Assembly: GCA_965153455.1 (NCBI GenBank) | Contig: OZ234493.1 | Location: forward strand, 25,286,213 to 25,350,212 | Direction of reading: 5' to 3' | From: Sphagnum compactum | Lineage: Eukaryota | Length of the DNA: 64,000 nucleotides | In this document: in pieces, positions 23,590 through 37,011 of the stretch | How the letters are laid out: each line of letters opens with the position of its first letter | Numbering within the stretch: position 1 is the stretch's first letter | Made by a program: the position numbers and the translations under genes | The notes under the pieces: model-generated | What the model was told of the DNA's origin: nothing | Database searches by the model: none | What the model saw: only the letters and a program-made list of their open reading frames with translations

Positions 23590-26500
23590 TTTCTGTGTGT
23601 GTGTGTGAGAGGAGAGAGAGAGAGAGAGAGAGAGTCCTTAGCTCACTGGGCTAAGAACCACAGAGAGATACAGAGAAAGAGACAGACAGACAGACACACA
23701 TACACCCCTTTTGCTGCTTTCAGAGTTCAAATTCCAAGGGTGTCATCAGATGAGGAGCATGAGCAACAGCTAGGGTCAGCACTGGTCTCCCATCTAATTG
23801 CTGTGAAGAATGTGCAGTAGCAGGAGAGAAGAACAAGTCATGGTATACCCAAACCTCCTCTCCACCAATGACCAAGAAATCCCTGGATTTTTTGCAATTC
23901 TGAATTCATTGCTTCAGCATGCCAAAAGAATATTTGAGTTAAGAGTGTTTTCATGTTTTCTTCCAGACTTGCAACAGAAACTCAGTATGCAGGTTTGTGG
24001 TTACACTGGCCACCCACTGTAGGGAGCTGATGAAGTCAGTGGGGAAGTTGTGATAGATAATTCACTATCATACATGTTACTGTTGATTGTCCCTGAACAA
24101 GTGAGAGACTGTCACTTTTGTTCATACTGCATATGCTTGTGTTTTAATTCTAGTTTTGTTCCTTTTATGTTTTTCTTTCTTCCCAGTTCTGTAAGTCCTT
24201 ATCTGGAAGTCTTTCTTTAACTTAAAAGGAGAAATTTTAAACCTTGTTCTGGCTTTCTTAATTGTGATTATCAAGATTTCTCAATGCTAATGAGAGTTAT
24301 TATGTTTTCTGTCTCTTTCCCATTGGACAGTGAGTGCAATCCTCACATTTAAGAGCAGCAGATCTAGCTAAGTCTTTTAGTCTGTTACACTCTGGGCAGT
24401 CAACAACTGAGAACCTTCTATCTCATGCTAGGTATCTTATTCGCCAGAATACAGCATGCATTTCTCACCTTGTGTTACCATGATTTGTACTTCAATCATT
24501 TTGTCTTTCATCAAACTTGGAGTTGTTATCTGGGCTTTAGTTGGCCTCATATTAGTACTAGAATCCTCTTGATTTTGTTTTGGCATGTGGTTTTCTTGAC
24601 AGGGTGGAACAAAAAGTCATTCAGAACAAATTTTCAGACTGGCTTCAGCAGAATCAGTTCTAGATGCTGTGCCATATATTAGCCACCATAAATCAAACAA
24701 TGGTTTGTGTGTTTTGCTGAGTGGATGGGTATTAATGTGTTGAGCTTCATGTCACATGAGTTGTGCAGTCTGTGCTCTCAAAAGCGGATGCTGCAGTAGG
24801 TGAGTGCATGGTTTTTGGCAGAAGCAGTAGAAACTTTTGGTGGAATGTGATTAGATTTATTGATGGAAGTGAATGATGTGAATTGGGGCACAGGAGAGGT
24901 TAGTCAGTAAACAGAGCTGTACATTTGCTTTGTGGCACCAATCTTAAGCTGTAAGCAAGTTTTTATTTGTAGATGGAAACTTATGAATTCCTTGGTTAGG
25001 ATCTTGGGTTTTTACTTAAGCTTGAGGCATGAAAGGTGTAGAGTCTTCAAGTTGCCCAGGAAATTTGTCTGTTGGAGAGCATGATAACTGGATCTAGCTG
25101 CTGTTGTACTCATTTTCTAAGGTCATTACTGAGAAGTTCCTGGATTGTGGACACAGGTAGTTTCAGGAATTTAAAGTGAAGTCTACAAGGCAGTGGACTC
25201 AGCACTGGAAGTGCATGCAGTATCCAGATGCATTTGATGCAGGTGAAGCTTTATTCAAGGAGAATGTGGACATCAAGCAGCAGTTATTTGACCTGGATCC
25301 TAGTGTGGGAAGGTGGGGGCACTTCTGGAAACTGAATGTAGAAGAACTCTTATGCACTAAGATGTGAGAGCAATGTGTCTGGAGCAATGCCTTTCCCAAT
25401 AGTATAGAAGCAGTAGGAAGGAGAGGAGGAGGCCCCATGCATGGGCATGAATAGCTCCATATGGTTGTGGTTATGCCTTTTCTGGGGTGGTGGGACTGGA
25501 GGGTTGGATGATTTCAAGTAAGCATTTAGTAAGATTCTGATAGCTCTCGTATTGGAATTGGCAGGTCACTCTTTGTGGGACATCAGGGCTCTCAGGCTCT
25601 GATGTAGAGCAATGTGGGAAACAGTAACACCTTTCTTCAGCCCTTGCTTGCATCATGAATCAACCCTGCAAATTGTGAGCAGGAAGGAACAAAGGAACGC
25701 AGTTGTAAGATCTATACCCTCTAGGTAGATTTGATGGGAGTGGTTGCATCCTGTGAATGTGAATGCTGAAACTCCAGACTGATGTTGGAAGGTGATTACT
25801 CTATCGACATGGTCCAGTCACATCCTACAAAGTTCCCAATAAGCAAACCTGTTAAAAATGTCATGGAACTATCAAAGCCTCTTCCTAAGGTTTTGTGATA
25901 GATGTGACAGATTATGAATTGATTGGAGTTATTACTATTCTCTCACCTTGGACACAATTCAAAGTTGGGTTTTACAACACCAATCTGCAAAATAAAGGAC
26001 AGAAATTGTACAGTTTTCAAAGAAATGATTTCTTTTAGCTTCAGTTTTTGGAATTTATGTTAGAGGTGCACTATCTATGAGGTAGTCTGCACTGACTTGT
26101 TGAATTCTATGATAATAGTAGTGGTCCTTTTGGGTACATTCAGATACGGAATGTCCTATTTACCTTTGGTAGATGCAAAGCACATTACTTGAAGAAGGCA
26201 TTTCTTGTTTTATATGTGCAGGAATTTAGTTTGGAGTTAACCAAAACTGATGGGACATAGCCTTAAAAAAGGTGGAAACAGAAGTATGTAATCTGATGAT
26301 GCCATGACCTTTGTGATTGTTGCACTGAATTTTGCCTCATCACTGTGATTGAGTTCTGCATCCAGGTAGTCACCAGTGGTATGTGTGATGGATTTCTTCT
26401 GGTTTCTGGAGTCCCTAACCACTATCCTCTATGTCCGCCTCTCAACACATTGTTCAGATGCTTGCTTGTTCAGGGGCAAGCTAAAGGGAGATGAAGCTCA

Positions 26501-27150
26501 CCTTCACATGATTATTGCAGCTTGGATGAGGAGGCTAATGATTTAAAAGAAGTAAGCATGCCTCTTGCTAGCTGGTGTTATCACTGAAACTTCCCATTGC
26601 TTCCAGAAATGCAACAGAAACTCAGGACACAGATTTTGGTCTAACTGTTTGCTCGAAGTTTTGAGCAGATCATTACATATCCACACCAAACTGGCAGGAG
26701 CCAGAGTCAGTGGGGAGTGATGGCAGCTAGTCACACTTGCTCATGATGAAGGTGATCGTCTGACCCTTTGTGAACGGTACTCACAAGTTTATGACTGCAT
26801 TCATTCTTGCTGTGTTTGTTTTGGTTTGCACTAAACTGATGTAATGGTTGTTTAGCTACTTCACATAATCTTTTTTGAGATTCTTTCTGCAATTCATATG
26901 ACATAAATGCGAATGGGATGCACTGGAGCTTTTACAGTCTTGATTGTATACTCTATTCAAATTTTGAAGAAAAGAAAGTTTTGGTTCAGCCCTATTTCAA
27001 GGGGGACATTTTTTATGTCCTGTAGACAGATTTATTGATATCTGTTCAACATACAGCAAGCTTGTTTTGGGGATGTTCACACAGGATGATCACGCACTGT
27101 TGGTAACAAGTTTATTCTTTGAATATCAGATAAGAAAAGAGATGGAAGGT
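23590..27150 (+). other. Possible spliced non-coding transcript or heavily decayed multi-exon gene
   Basis: GA-repeat leader at 23590-23700, then AG/GT-bounded segments 23967-23992, 24331-24431, 24603-24702, 24769-24799 and more to about 27150. No continuous reading frame and no recognisable domain. Confidence 0.3.
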
Positions 27151-28029
27151 GAATTGCATGGTGAGCAACATTTGCAATACATCATATCATCACTACTTTG
27201 TCTTTCCGCCAACACAAAGAGTTGGGATGTATGCAAGAAATAATAGCATTTTTTGTGTCATCTGTGTATGAAGAACATGTGATGATAAATTGATGGTTGT
27301 TTGAAAGAGTGTCTTTCCAACTCTTGAGCCACAGCTGACCCAGAGTGCTTGGGGGCTCCCCCACCATATCTGATATGTTCTCCAATTTTGATACAGGCTG
27401 ATATGGGCTGTTCTACAACTAGGTTCTTGCTCCTAACCCAAAGCTCCAAATTTGACCAAGCACAAAATTACTGTTATGACTGGAATGGTTCAATGACTTT
27501 AGGTACTTTTGAAGTTTTTGTCATCAAAGCCACAAGTCTAGTGCGAGTCGGTCCTTAGTAGTTAAGTTGTCATCCAGGCTGCAAGTCTGGGTCATGTTTT
27601 AAGGATTTTCATGGGGACCCATTTGTTTTGCATTCGAAGCACCTATATTTAATTAGTAAGAGACACGGGCCTTGAATTTAACCTGTTAAAACACTGATTG
27701 TTTTTAGGAATATCAAAGGGTTTGTTTCAATTTTCAAGATGTTGAGTTCTGGTGGATCGGAAGATCCACATTTCAACCAGAGTATTTTAACCACTGATAC
27801 CCATTTTTTTCTGAACAGTTGTGAATTGGGTCATTGAGAGATATGATGAACATAGCTACTGGCAAATTTTGCTTAGCAAGCATCACACCTTATTTCTACT
27901 CACATTTTTCTGAGTCATTGGAACAGTATTAAACATTAATGTAATTCTAAACATAAGATAAGGTAAAGCACCAGATGGACATTTTCAGTATATGTAGATC
28001 TGGACACGAAGGAGGGGAAGGGTTCTTAC

Positions 28030-28308
28030 CAGTGTGTATTTGATTTTTAAAATAATAGTTGGGTATGGGTTTTCGATTTTTTTTTTAGAAGTAACTTAGT
28101 TAAGTGAATATATTAAATTTGAAAGAATGACTGTTTTTTGACATTTAGAGTTGGACAGGTAATAGGTTGGTTGGTGGTTTGGATATTGGTTTCAGTGGGT
28201 GTGTGACCCGGTTATTTAACAGAAACTTGGGCAGGTTTATCAAGTAAATTATAAGGTTTTTTGAGAAATGCCTTGTTAGATTAAATATCCAGGTCTAAAC
28301 GAACACTG
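28030..28308. mobile_element. hAT-type MITE
   Basis: CAGTGT...ACACTG termini; flanks GTTCTTAC / GTTTTTAA (6 of 8 match). Subterminal sequence is shared, in reverse, with the 36664-37011 element. Confidence 0.6.
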
Positions 28309-28859
28309 GTTTTTAAAACTGAAGGCATGATGACACCAAAAAGAAAAAGCTTTTAAGTCTAACTACTAACAAAACTAAACAAATAGACATCAATGTGGTG
28401 CAATTTCAAAATCTAGAGATGAATTCGTTAGTTTAACACTTATTCCAAGCAAGCAAACATGTTGTAACAAACAGAAACTAGAAACCAAATGCAACATGCA
28501 AAAATAAAAAACCCAGTGCAGTAAACAGAAATCTAATGCAACAAATAGAAACTAAAAATCCAACACAACAAACAAAAACTAGCCCAATCATCCATACAAT
28601 CATCAAAACTAGCATCCCATCTGTAGCTCCACATCAACAACCATAAGATGCAAAGTTGAAACACTTGTAGAATTTTTAAAAAACACAAAATTGGTCAAAA
28701 TGCATCACACTATCATATACTATAGCTATTTTAAGCCTTTGGGAATTCTTCATGTTCCACCTTGTTTTCAAATTCAACATCTAGCTCCTTCATCATATTC
28801 GACTTTGCTTCACATGCAAATGCAAAATTTAAAACTTTGGGGCACTCAACACATGGATC

Positions 28860-30075
28860 AAATGGCCAATTTTTGTTAACAAAAATGAACTTATCAAGAT
28901 TTTTTGTTTGAAGATCGCATTTGTGAAGTGTAATTGGGATTTTAACAATAGAAAAAATCTTTTATGTTTCAATTTGGGAGGATGGGATGCATAAAATTTG
29001 CCTTGTCAACACAATAGTTGTTGAAGACCTATGATCTTCCATGTGTTAGCATGTCAAAACACATTTGCAACTATTTTCATCAATAGGATATCAATGATAA
29101 GTGTACAACTCTTAGCCAACAAGGCCCCTCAAAATGTCTATACTTATGTTTGTGGTGCAAAGCAAATTTTTGTTCCTATATTTGGATTGGATTCATTAGG
29201 TTCTTCAAGAATAGTGGAGATTGATAGCTTGTAAACTTTTGATTGCAAAGGCAACAACAATTCATTGTCATACTTGGCAATTATAGCTACAACATTATCA
29301 CAAACCACATAAGTTGTGACTAGGCACATGGATTTAAATTTGGGATCCAACATTAATGCCAACATATTATGACCTTTTTTTTAAAAAATGTGTGTAAAAA
29401 GAAAGAAAAGGGTTCATGACTTCCAACACTTATAATTTCATGTATCACACAAATTCTTCAAATTCTTGATGAAAAATAGAAACCTTTAGATCTACCAAGC
29501 TATTAGGAATAATAGAATTAAGCTTTTCATGAAACACATGATATGTAGAAATGATGAAGTGTAGGGCATCTTCAAGGAGCCAATGCTTGTTTTCCTTTGC
29601 TAAAAGTTTTTGGCCAACTAATACACTTTTGATTGTTAGCTTGTGCACCCTTTACAAATGCATAGATTAATCCCCAAGAGAGTTTTTCTTATGTAATAAC
29701 ATATTGGTCGACCTTGGATAAAGCATTTCCAAGGCAATACCCATGAAAAAGGTTCCAACACACCCAAATTTTTACATGAAATTACAAAGTTCAAAACAGG
29801 TGCACAAGGCTACAAGTTGGATCCTTCATATTTGACATATTTAATATTTTTGTATCGTTTGATCAATGGAAAAAAAAACCGTTTTGCTTGGTTTGAAGAT
29901 TTATTATTATTTTTTTTTGTGGGGGAAAATTTGTCAAAGAGCACCTATAGGTTTGGAACAATGGTTGGCATAATGGTTTCACTAGCCTTAAACAAACCAA
30001 TTGTCACATGTTTAAACTCCCAATTGTTAAACTAGAAATTGACAACCATAGTAAACATGTCATGTGCACCCTTGT
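28860..30075 (-). mobile_element. Second decayed hAT transposase (pseudogene)
   Basis: Minus-strand fragments in the expected order: GAHDMFTMVVNF, YVKYEG, GYCLGNALSK, NMLALMLDPKFKSMCLV, YDNELLLPL, RQILCIPSSQIET-stop-KIFSIV...NLDKFIFVNKNWP. Confidence 0.8.
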
Positions 30076-30959
30076 AGACTTTTAAAGATTAAAAAATACA
30101 TGTGCCAGACAAACATGTGATTAGTGTATACTATTACAATTTTTAGTTTTTTTAATAAAAAAAAACCCAAAATGATGGGCATAAAAAAGATCACCTTGAT
30201 AATTTGGACAAATTGATTTGGATTTGTCAACATGATTGGGTAGTGAATTTAGACCCTATTGTTTTGGTTGATACAATAATTGATTATTTGATTAGTAAAT
30301 AATGAACCATTTGATTAAGTCAACTTTATACTTAAATCAAAATTATTTTTTGAATTAATATTTAAAAAAAAAAAGGTAAGTAGGTAGTAAATGGGTTTAA
30401 ATAGGTTGAAAAAATGCATTTAGGTAGGTAGGTGTTAACTTAGCCTAACTTACTTAACCTAATTTCATTAAACTACCTTAATTGAATTTATTTACCTTAG
30501 TTTTCTAAGCATGCACATAGGTTGTAAGTATAAGGAATTGAATCCCAAACCTTCACAATGATAAATCGAGTCCTTGCCAATGGATTACATCATCAAGAGT
30601 GTTTAACTTTTGTCAAGTTTTATTTCAAACATTTATTTCACATCATTAAACATATTGGCTAAATTTATGAGACAACTAATGTCATGAGCATGAAAAATTA
30701 CAAAAATAAGAATTAAGCCAAAGACATAACAAAGAAAAAAAATCACAAGAAATGCAAGCCTAAATTTAATCCAAGATTGAAAACACAAAGTCATAAGGTA
30801 AGAACATCGGTATATGTTAGAAGATGATTCAAACAAAACTTTATTATGATAATGTATAAAATCAAAAAGTATGACAATAAAGCATACCCAAAACTGGTGT
30901 TGAACAAATTGAAGGTAATGGGAGGTCCTACCCTTATTTATACCCCATTGAGAACCTAA

Positions 30960-31157
30960 CTCAAAAAAACTTCCATGTGTGCATCGACTAAGTAAGTTTT
31001 TTGAAAAGCTTTTTAGTTCAAGGAAGCTTTCATAGAGGCTTCCATGTGTGCACTGGCCAAAGAAGCTTTTTGAAAAAGCTTTCTGACTCAAGGAAGTTTT
31101 CATAGAGGTTTTCATGTGTGCATTGACTAAGGAAGTTTTTTGAGTAGCTTCCTAACT
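30960..31157. repeat. Tandem repeat, about 69-70 bp unit, about 3 copies
   Basis: (C/T)TTCCATGTGTGCA-like core recurs at about 30970, 31039 and 31109, followed by similar sequence each time. Confidence 0.8.
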
Positions 31158-31300
31158 AATAGTGAATTAGGAATTAAATAAGAGCAACGATGATGTAAGC
31201 GACTATGTTGGTGCAAGTGATGATGTAAACAATGATGTAGACGACCATGTTGATGCAAGTGGTGATGCAAATAATGGGTGATAGTGGTGTTTGTGACAAC

Positions 31301-31975
31301 TAATGGTTAAACCCAATGGTTTAATTTATTGGTTAAACATAGTTGTTAAACCTTGGCAAAAGTTAATGATTAAATTTAATCTAGTTAAGCATAATGGGTA
31401 AACCTAATGGATAAATCTAATGGTTAAACATAATGACTAAACATAATGACTAAACCTTAGTTAAAAATAATGGTGACATTTAATGATTATATCTAATGGC
31501 TAAACATAATGGTTAAACTTTGGTTCAACATAATGTTTAAACATAGGTTAAATTTAATGACTAAATATATTGATTAAATTGGGGCTAAATGGTTAAAGTT
31601 AATGGTTAAATATAATGACTAAACATAAGTTACATGTAATGGCTAAATTTAAGGTAAACATAGTGTCAAATCTAATGGCTCAAATTGGATTAAACCTAAT
31701 GGCCAAATTAATGGTCAAACATATTGGCCATGCCAATGGCTAAAATAAGGATAAACTTAGTGACTAAATCTAATGGTTCAACTTAATGGCTACATCAAAT
31801 GGTTAAACTTAGGTAGGTAAATGGGTTGGTAAGTAGGTAGGTTGTAAAAAAATGAAAATATATAAATAGGTAAGTAGGTAGGTTGGTGAAACTTGGTATA
31901 GGTAGATAAGTAGGTAGTTGGTAAGTAAATAAATAATAGGTATATAAATAGTAGGTAGAAAGTAGATACATAGGA
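31301..31975. repeat. Degenerate minisatellite (about 13-bp TAAACNTAATGGY units) followed by an (AGGT)n-rich tract
   Basis: Dozens of TAATGG(T/C)TAAA variants from 31301 to 31810, then AGGTAGGT/AAGTAGGT repeats to about 31975. Confidence 0.8.
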
Positions 31976-34469
31976 TAACAAACCATGTTACATTGAATTA
32001 AAAAACATTGGCCATTTTGAGTAAATATTTCATTCAATTAAAGACCATTGGCCATTTTGATTAAAGTTGTACAAATTGATTAGATGTATTTTGTCAAATA
32101 AATTAATATAGTCAAATTGATTAGTCCAAAAAACATGTGTCATTCAAGCCACTAGCCTTTTTTCAAAATGTACATGTTCATTAGTCAAAAATGATAAATT
32201 GGTCAATTTGTAAAACCCATGATTTGTAATAATGGCAAGTTGTACATATATGACCAAAGTCATTTGGTGCAACCAAATGGATTCAATTATTCTCATTAGC
32301 AAAAAAACCTTTTATCACATACAACATTACATATTCTAGGAAAAAAATTTAGGTTTCATGGTCATTTTTAAATTGATTAATTAAAAAAAATCTAGAATTT
32401 GCACTTGGGGTAACATGTGGGCATTTAATGGTTGGTTCATGTTGAAATGAAAATCTAAGGTGATTGTTTAAGTCTTTTACACATACTTTTATAGCAAGGC
32501 AATGCGTTCCCACTCCACATGTTTTTTCAAGGTAATTATGTTATCTGATTTGTTATAAGCAATGAACATCTTCTGACATCAAATGTGCAAGGCTAAAATT
32601 TTAGGATTTATTATTTCATTATAACAAATGATACATTGTATTATTTGGTTTTGAGTAAGATCAACAAGTTGACTGTTTATTCATTTAAAAAAAGGCCAAT
32701 GTGGATGAATTATGATAGTGAAGCTTCCATTATAAGTGGTTTGTTTTTTCAAATTCATCAGATGTATTTCAACAACTTGATGTTCCTTAGCTACATTTCT
32801 TCAACATTATTATTCTATAACCTACAATCCTTGTGGGGGCCTAGAATCATGCACATAAAAACCTTGCAAAACCAAGGTAATTAGTTCCAATTTATTCCAA
32901 ACAATGTGCAACTTATTAAAAAGTAATAATTTGTTAATTTATTTAAACATAAATTGAATGCTTATAATTCATTATGAGAATATATTTAGCATATATTTAA
33001 AATATTAAAAAATATTCTTAAAATATATCATTATTTCATAGCATATTACAAACATCATTTTATTTTAGGTGCTTCTTAAAATATATAAAAAATTATTTCC
33101 CCAAGCTTGTAAATCAACTAAGTTTTCTAAAAAATCCATCCCAAGTGTTATGCATGCAATGAAGGGATGGTTGTAATGAACAAACAACAAAGGAAACACT
33201 TTGAAAGCTTTCAAGAAGCTTGAAACAAAACAATATGTAATAAATTGGGTAATCAACGAAGTAATTTCGCAAGCTTGAATGAAGGAATGAACACAACACG
33301 TCAAATAAGGCACTTGATGAAACTTTTAACAAGGTTTTGACAAATTGTTTTTTTGAAAATCCCAACAACCTTGAAAGTTGGTGAGAAGGAAAAAGCCATG
33401 AGGCTTTTCACAAAGTGCAAATGAGCACACACACTTGACACAAAACACAACACACAAATGACCTTGAAAGTAAAAGTTTTCAACAAGTTAATTGAGAGCT
33501 TAAGACAATGAGATGATGAAACAACCTTGAGAACTTAAGAGAGGAAAGTAATGTGCACATAATCGACAATTGAAAAGTTGCAAGTTCAACAAACTATTTC
33601 AACAAACTCACACCAAAATGCAAACAAGTGCAAGTTTTCAAACCACTTACCTTTTTCAACTCCAATGTCTTTTGCAATTTCCATAGCCTCCAAAAATCTC
33701 TTGTCATTGCCCTTACCATTGAGCCGTTGAAACTTTATTCCATTGATGTGACAATGGCGTTCAATACTAAATAACCACACTTAAAGAAAATGTAAAGGCC
33801 TACAAGCTTTAGCCGTGTTAGGTCTACAAACTTTCAAGCATTTCTCCATTTTTGTTTCCTAAACCTTAAATTAAATACCCATCCCTCTGAGTATGAAAAA
33901 AACATTTAACCTTGTTGTTTGTCAAATGCCCTTGTGTATTATTTACGATGGGTTGGCGATAGTGGTGGTTATTGATGATGATATTATGCAAAGGGTGGGG
34001 ATAGGCACAAGTCTACAAATTTTGAAAACCCTACCCAAGAAATGGGTATTAGATCTTTGGTAATCTGACCTCCATTTAATATATACCTCTATAATTGATT
34101 GAAGACCTGACAAGTATTTAATGCCATACCTCATTTCCACCCCCACATTGGTTCTTACACCTATTCAGTAAAAGTGGCAAAAGGAACCTTATGTTAGCGA
34201 GTGGGTGTAATTTCTCTCCCATTTCAAAGAGTAGGTGCAAGATCACTTGTCTTTTCTATTCTAGGATATAAGATGCCCTCCAAATACACTAGGAAAATTT
34301 TCCAAGTGCTTTATGTAAAATGTGTGAATTTGGAAAAATTCAAAGTTAGCTTAAAAGAAAGGAAAAAAATAAATAAAAAAAGATGAGGCATATTTTAGAA
34401 TGCTTTTTGAAACCTTCATTTCAAAAGGCATGAAAAGATCAAACAAAAGTGGGCTGTCTCCATAACCTT

Positions 34470-34806
34470 TGTAACGCCTAAAAGGAGGGGCTTTAAAGGT
34501 ATCATCCTATGTAAAGACTATATTTTTGAAAACTTTTGTTGGTGAAAAGGTCTAAAGTGTAGGGTAAAGTCCATGGGTGGGGGCATTCCTAAAATAAGGG
34601 GCCTAGGAGAAGGTGGAAGTAGAGTTCAGCCCAAAACTTTGGGAATGACCTCCCCTTGTGGGCTTTGCCCACCAAGGAGAATGTTATGATGAACTCAAAC
34701 ATAGATCATGGGGCATGGAACTGGAGGGTTCTCAGGCGAACTCTGTAAGCATGGGAGGGATTTTACATTTATAAGGACGTCTTTCTAGTAAGCAATTGTT
34801 GTTACA
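34470..34806. mobile_element. Possible solo LTR
   Basis: Starts TGTAACGCC and a candidate end GTTACA lies at 34801-34806. Interior is more GC-rich than the flanks. The 5-bp flanks match poorly (ACCTT / AAATT). Confidence 0.3.
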
Positions 34807-35346
34807 AAATTTGTTGTAACAACTTTCCATTTTGATTTGCCCTACAACTTTGATCATAGTCACCTCACATCTTTGCATATCAAGCATTTACCAAACTATA
34901 GAGCTTTGATATTTGCAAGGCAAATCATGAATTGTTAAATGTTAATATCCGTCATTTAAAAAAATATGGAAACATTTCTGTTTTTAAAGTTTTCTAAAAA
35001 GTTCCTCACAACAGGCCCCCAAATTACAAACCTATAGTGGAAGAGAACCAAAACAGTTTGTTTTGCACTTTTCAATGGAGAGTGGGTATTTCTATAGCAA
35101 TAGGATTTCAATCACATTCCAGTCCATTACCTTGTTTGTCATCATGAGGAACTATGATCTCCAAATAATATTGAAATATGTGTTACTATCTTGAAGTACC
35201 AGCCAATGAACTCAGGAGCAGTTTCCAAATTGTCTTGGAACATACACAGACCCACATAGATATGTAAAAGGAACAATGTCTGTCAGTCAGTGTGAGGCTT
35301 ACCTACTTAATACCTTCCTTCTTCACCACTATCCCCTTGAATGCAA

Positions 35347-35542
35347 GGGCCTTGGGTGAACCAGCACCCCCATTGGTACCATGGTAAAAATTCCAAAAAT
35401 ATTTACTAATATCCAATGTTAAGACTAAATCAGGGTCTGTGAGTTCAAATCTAACAAATTTTGGGGGCTTATTATGGCCCTCTATCAGGCCTCACAAAAA
35501 AGGGTGAAGGTGCCAATGAGGGTGCTAAGTTCACCCTGGCCC
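35347..35542. mobile_element. MITE with GGGCC-GGGTGAAC termini
   Basis: About 34-bp imperfect TIR: GGGCCTTGGGTGAACCAGCACCCCCATTGGTACC versus reverse complement GGGCCAGGGTGAACTTAGCACCCTCATTGGCACC. Related copies at 51788-52043 and about 52765-52816. Confidence 0.7.
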
Positions 35543-36663
35543 ACCAGAGTCTACACCATGTTTTGGTATTAAGGAGGAATATGGGTAGTTTTTTTTTCGA
35601 ATCTACAAAGCATTAAATGGCACACAAATTCATTGGCCATATGAATTGTGTGTTGCATGGGAGAGGGAGAAGAAGAAGAAGAAGAAGCTTGTGTAGTAGT
35701 ATGTACAACGTACATACCATATAGCCTCTATGCACTGCCATTAATGCTGCGTGGTTGCACAGCATTAAAAGCCCGGGCTTTTCTGGTAGATGAGTCCGGA
35801 TTCACAGCTTGAAACCTGGGGCTGCTGGGTAGAGTAACTTCTCATTTAATGACCAGTGGATAGAGTTAGTTGTCATTCATATAGACTTGGATTGTTGATC
35901 ACTTTGCTACTACGTGTGTGTAACTGTAACTGTGTTTGTTGTAGCCATGTGGAGAATTACTAAGAGATGCTTTTAGACTAATAAAACGTTAATTGCACTG
36001 ATAAGAGTATCAAAGTTTGTGTCAGTGTAAACTTCTTCTAAGTTCTGTACCTGGGCATTAAGTTTTGCAGTAAGTTAGATTATCACGATGTATGATTTTT
36101 CTTCAGGTGGGTGTTTCGTGGTTTTTGCATTTGATTTACTGTTTTGGGCTGGATGTTTTTTTTGGCTCACGTCATAGTGTTCCAAGTAAACATCAAACCC
36201 ATCCAGAAGTAAAAATCATACCCTTCCAAAATCAACCCTGAAAAGATAGAGAGCTTCTCTACCGAAGCTGCAGCTTCACCTATAAGTCAGCCGGCACACT
36301 TTTAAGTTCAGAGTGGTGGGGAATGGGGGGCAAGAAACAAAGCTCGCTCCCACTCCTGTATTTTTGTTTCTCCATCAGGTGTTAAGATCCTGGGCGGCAG
36401 TGAGCAGGAGGTGTGACATGCTTGACTTTGTGATTTATTTTAGGACAAAGCAAAAAAAGTGATGATTGTTTTGGCTACACAAGTGTAGATTATTGTTCAC
36501 CTAAACTTGTGCTGCACAAGCCAAGTATGAGGAGCCCAGTGTGAATCAGCACCAAACCAGTGCACCATCCACTGGATGCTGTTATGACTCAGTTTGTGGA
36601 TGAACCTAAAATCAGTTGATATCTGGTTTCACCTTGGTCACCTATTCTGTAAGGTATATAGGT

Positions 36664-37011
36664 CAGTAGTGTTGGCCTGTTAGTGAGTTTTGGACCCAGT
36701 TATCAAGTTGGTTATTAATAACCTACCTGGATGACCTGATTATCATCCAGGTAGGTTATCAATCTTTAAACACTAACATTAGGGGGAAAAAAAAAAAAAA
36801 AACCCTTTTGTAACCAGCTAATAACTGACAGGACAATAGCTATTGTTAACTTACCCTTATGCACAACTGACAGTTGTTACCTTAATTTTTTATACCCTAC
36901 CCAGCAATCAAGAAAATTGAAATTGATATTGATAACTTGTATAATCCCCGGACAAAATTCAAAAAAACATACCCAACAGTTATTAAAAAATGTAATAACC
37001 AGCCAACACTG
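36664..37011. mobile_element. hAT-type MITE
   Basis: Termini CAGTAGTGTTGGC / GCCAACACTG; 8-bp flanks ATATAGGT / GTATAGGT (7 of 8 match). Confidence 0.7.

Noticed and set aside
25146..25225. Kinase glycine-loop-like TGSF..SEVYKAVD across a frameshift
   Set aside because: Needs an arbitrary 10-nt deletion, and no VAIK, HRD or DFG motifs follow.
26715..26776. WQLVTLAHDEGD resembles the PB1 acidic motif of ARF/Aux-IAA
   Set aside because: No GDxPW motif, an adjacent in-frame stop, and no other convincing ARF sequence.
30633..31115. 160-aa minus-strand ORF
   Set aside because: Overlaps the 69-bp tandem array and AT-rich sequence; repetitive peptide with no recognisable domain.
30960..31810. Repeat arrays considered as possible CRISPR or telomere tracts
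   Set aside because: No unique spacers, degenerate units, eukaryotic context, and units are not TTTAGGG.
33060..33800. Stop-riddled coding-like A-rich stretch (a similar one lies at 1330-1480)
   Set aside because: Probably TE debris, but no diagnostic motif could be recognised, so no call was made.
35730..35750. TGCACTGCC matches the 5-prime end of miR408
   Set aside because: Only 9 nt match and there is no miRNA/miRNA-star duplex.
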